Assembly (NCBI GenBank): GCA_013115125.1 | Contig: JABANN010000091.1 | Coordinates: 1 to 64,000 of the forward strand | Reading direction: 5' to 3' | DNA from: Perkinsus olseni | Lineage: Eukaryota | Length of the DNA: 64,000 nucleotides | Shown: piece by piece, positions 62,201-64,000 of the stretch | How positions within the stretch are numbered: the stretch's first letter is position 1 | Layout: each line of letters starts with the position of its first letter | Notes under the pieces: generated by a model | Told to the model about the DNA's origin: nothing | What the model saw: the letters and a program-made list of their open reading frames with translations, nothing else | Database searches by the model: none | Made by a program: the position numbers and the translations under genes

Positions 62201-62384
62201 GGGATCTCCGATGGAAATTCGGTCTCCACCGCTGCTCCCCCCCTGTACTACCATCATAATATCTCCCACCCGTTAAATGGGCTCGAGAGTCTTCTTGGTG
62301 GACTACACTCGGCAGGGACCAGTCAGAATAGCGTCTGCTCATCCTAGCCCCATCTTGAGCATCACTACTTGTACAGCAACCCAT
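59245..62384 (-). CDS. N-acylated (MGCC motif) Ser/Arg/Pro-rich low-complexity protein with an RSYRGD-type repeat exon
   Basis: MGCCTSSDAQ start; S/R/P-rich exons near 61388-61600, 60638-60890 and 59880-60115; terminal SPAAFRRSQ..PARTAM*. Exon linkage is inferred from composition. Confidence 0.5.
60173..60231. repeat. 59-nt near-perfect palindrome with 1-nt centre, next to a second small one at 60155-60173
   Basis: GAGGGCCTAACACTGAGTCTCTCATGACA-G-TGTCATGAGAGACTCAGCGTTAGGCCCTC. Confidence 0.95.
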
Positions 62385-62427
62385 GACGTGATGGCAAGGT
62401 CGTAGGGTAATAATAATACAAACAACA

Positions 62428-62737
62428 ACAAGGACGACCTAAAGATACCATCACACTAACGACAAGGACGACCTAAAGATACCATCACACTAACGACAGA
62501 AACGACCTAAAGATACCATCACACTAACGACAAGGACGACCTAAAGATACCATCATGTTTACAAGGACGACCTAAAGATACCATCATGTTTACAAGGACG
62601 ACCTAAAGATACCATCATGTTTACAAGGACGACCTAAAGATACCATCATGTTTACAAGGACGACCTAAAGATACCATCATGTTCACAAGGACGACCTAAA
62701 GATACCATCATGTTTACAAGGACGACCTAAAGATACT
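62428..62737 (+). repeat. minisatellite, 10 units (3 of 34 nt, then 31-nt units)
   Basis: Core ACAAGGACGACCTAAAGATACCATC followed by ACACTAACG (x3) or ATGTTT/ATGTTC (x6); the last unit is partial. Confidence 0.97.
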
Positions 62738-62901
62738 ACCTTAATGACCTTCAAACAATTTGTCCGGGGTATTTAATTTCGGAGAAGTTTCAAAGAACCA
62801 TTTCGGTGAGTTGTATAAGCTATGAGGAGGCCCCGAAAATCGCCTAAAACTCGCCAGAGCGAAAGTGACGACAAAAATGACATCAAAAAAAGCATGAGAA
62901 A

Positions 62902-62938
62902 TGACGCAACTAGGATTCGAACCGGAGACCTCGGCTAC
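62902..62938 (-). pseudogene. tRNA 3' half
   Basis: CAG|GTAGCCGAGGTCTCCGGTTCGAATCCTAGTTGCGTCA-TTTC. Confidence 0.65.
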
Positions 62939-64000
62939 CTGTGGGAAAAGTGTTGCCGAAGTCAACACTTCCTCTTGTTACATCACCCTGCTCGTAATCG
63001 GGGTTCCTCGCTGTTGCGTTGCGCCTCTACTGCCTTGGGGACACGCCGCCGTTTGCTGGCTAAGCCGTGACGCTGGGCAGCATAGCCATATCTCACACCC
63101 CTAGCTGCACCCGTCCCCGTGCAGGCGCCAAGAATAGTGAGGTATGGGTCAACTCTCGGCGTGTTCGCGCCGCGTCCGATCTATTGCCTGAGCAAGATCC
63201 CACCATGAGTGGCCTGCCGTTTGGCCGTCTCCTAAGAGCGGCAATCGACAACAATTCAATGACAGCGCCGTTTGCTTGCGTCGATTTTCCATTAGGGCTC
63301 AGCCTTCGTGCAGCTTCGTCCTCCAGGTCAATTCATTGGGCAGATTCATCGGGCGCCCGCCGTTACACAAGTGTCGCGAGTCTTTCGTCGTGCGGTATAG
63401 GCTTACCACCCAACGCCTGGAACGGAAGGGTCACAGATTATCGGGAACGTTCGCCCCCTCTGTCTGCGGAGCGTGTCGCTTCCACTGTTAACACAAGAGA
63501 GCTCAAAAGTACGATGAGACTATCACCACTATTAATTATCATCATCATGCAAAGCAGCGAAGCACGCCATGGATTGCCGTCTAGTCAACGCCCATCTCTT
63601 CCTAGCCTTCGCCAAGGTTAACTGAGAAATGCCAAAGGCGTGGGTTCAATTCCTGGAGCCAATTTAAGTGTCCCGGGTTCCGCATCCAAGAGTCGTTTTT
63701 CCCTCCCACGCTCCACTAAAGTGATGCTACTCGGAAAGGTCGACAAATGGACTTGCAAAAGTGGGGACTTCAATTGGTTCCCGGGCGAGTCGTTAAACTT
63801 CAACAGCAGGAATTATCAACTGCGCATACACGATTCGGTCGGGAGAGAAGGAAATCTTCCGGCCGAGGATGACCTCGTTCCGAGAGAATCATTCCTTGGC
63901 TCGATGAACAGGGTCTATGTAACAGGCTGAACTAATCCCCCTCAGATGGTGCATCGGTGATGCTAGTCTAACTAAGCCGTACTGTCGTAGGCGTTGGACT

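Noticed and set aside
62428-62737. CRISPR-like array
   Set aside because: The variable parts are only 6-9 nt and are repeated rather than unique, there are no cas genes and the context is eukaryotic. It is a minisatellite.
2454-63665. Functional tRNA genes
   Set aside because: Every tRNA-like sequence lacks a 5' half or has broken stems; none was called as an intact tRNA.
114-63930. Most short ORFs in the supplied track
   Set aside because: They are antisense or off-frame shadows of exons, or read-through into introns, not independent genes.

Overview
Eukaryotic genomic DNA of roughly balanced GC content with many short GT-AG introns. Gene style and content suggest a Perkinsus-like alveolate (inference, not proven). 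Recognisable genes: a CELF/FCA-like 3xRRM+WW RNA-binding protein, a UbiA prenyltransferase of the CrtEb/LyeJ (lycopene elongase) type that is frameshifted in this copy, CK2 alpha, an intronless POT/PTR peptide transporter, FHIT, a subtilisin pseudogene, an Asp-box/Kelch-like propeller protein, two N-acylated (MGC/MGCC) low-complexity proteins and several hypothetical genes. Mobile DNA: a non-autonomous CACTA-type element with TIRs and a 3-bp TSD, a hAT transposase relic and a possible DIRS-like gag relic. Most notable: (1) a multi-exon type-1 (microbial) rhodopsin gene that the ORF track shows only as fragments; it keeps the retinal-binding DxxxK, has an unusual K-Y-I-E-W / ESS helix-3 motif and at least one extra N-terminal hydrophobic segment; (2) about a dozen tRNA-derived fragments, several forming most of a short intron and supplying its splice site; (3) many sequence-unique palindromes with a 1-nt centre, one of which matches a hAT-type excision footprint and disrupts the UbiA gene. 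Gene models were spliced by eye and no database searches were run.
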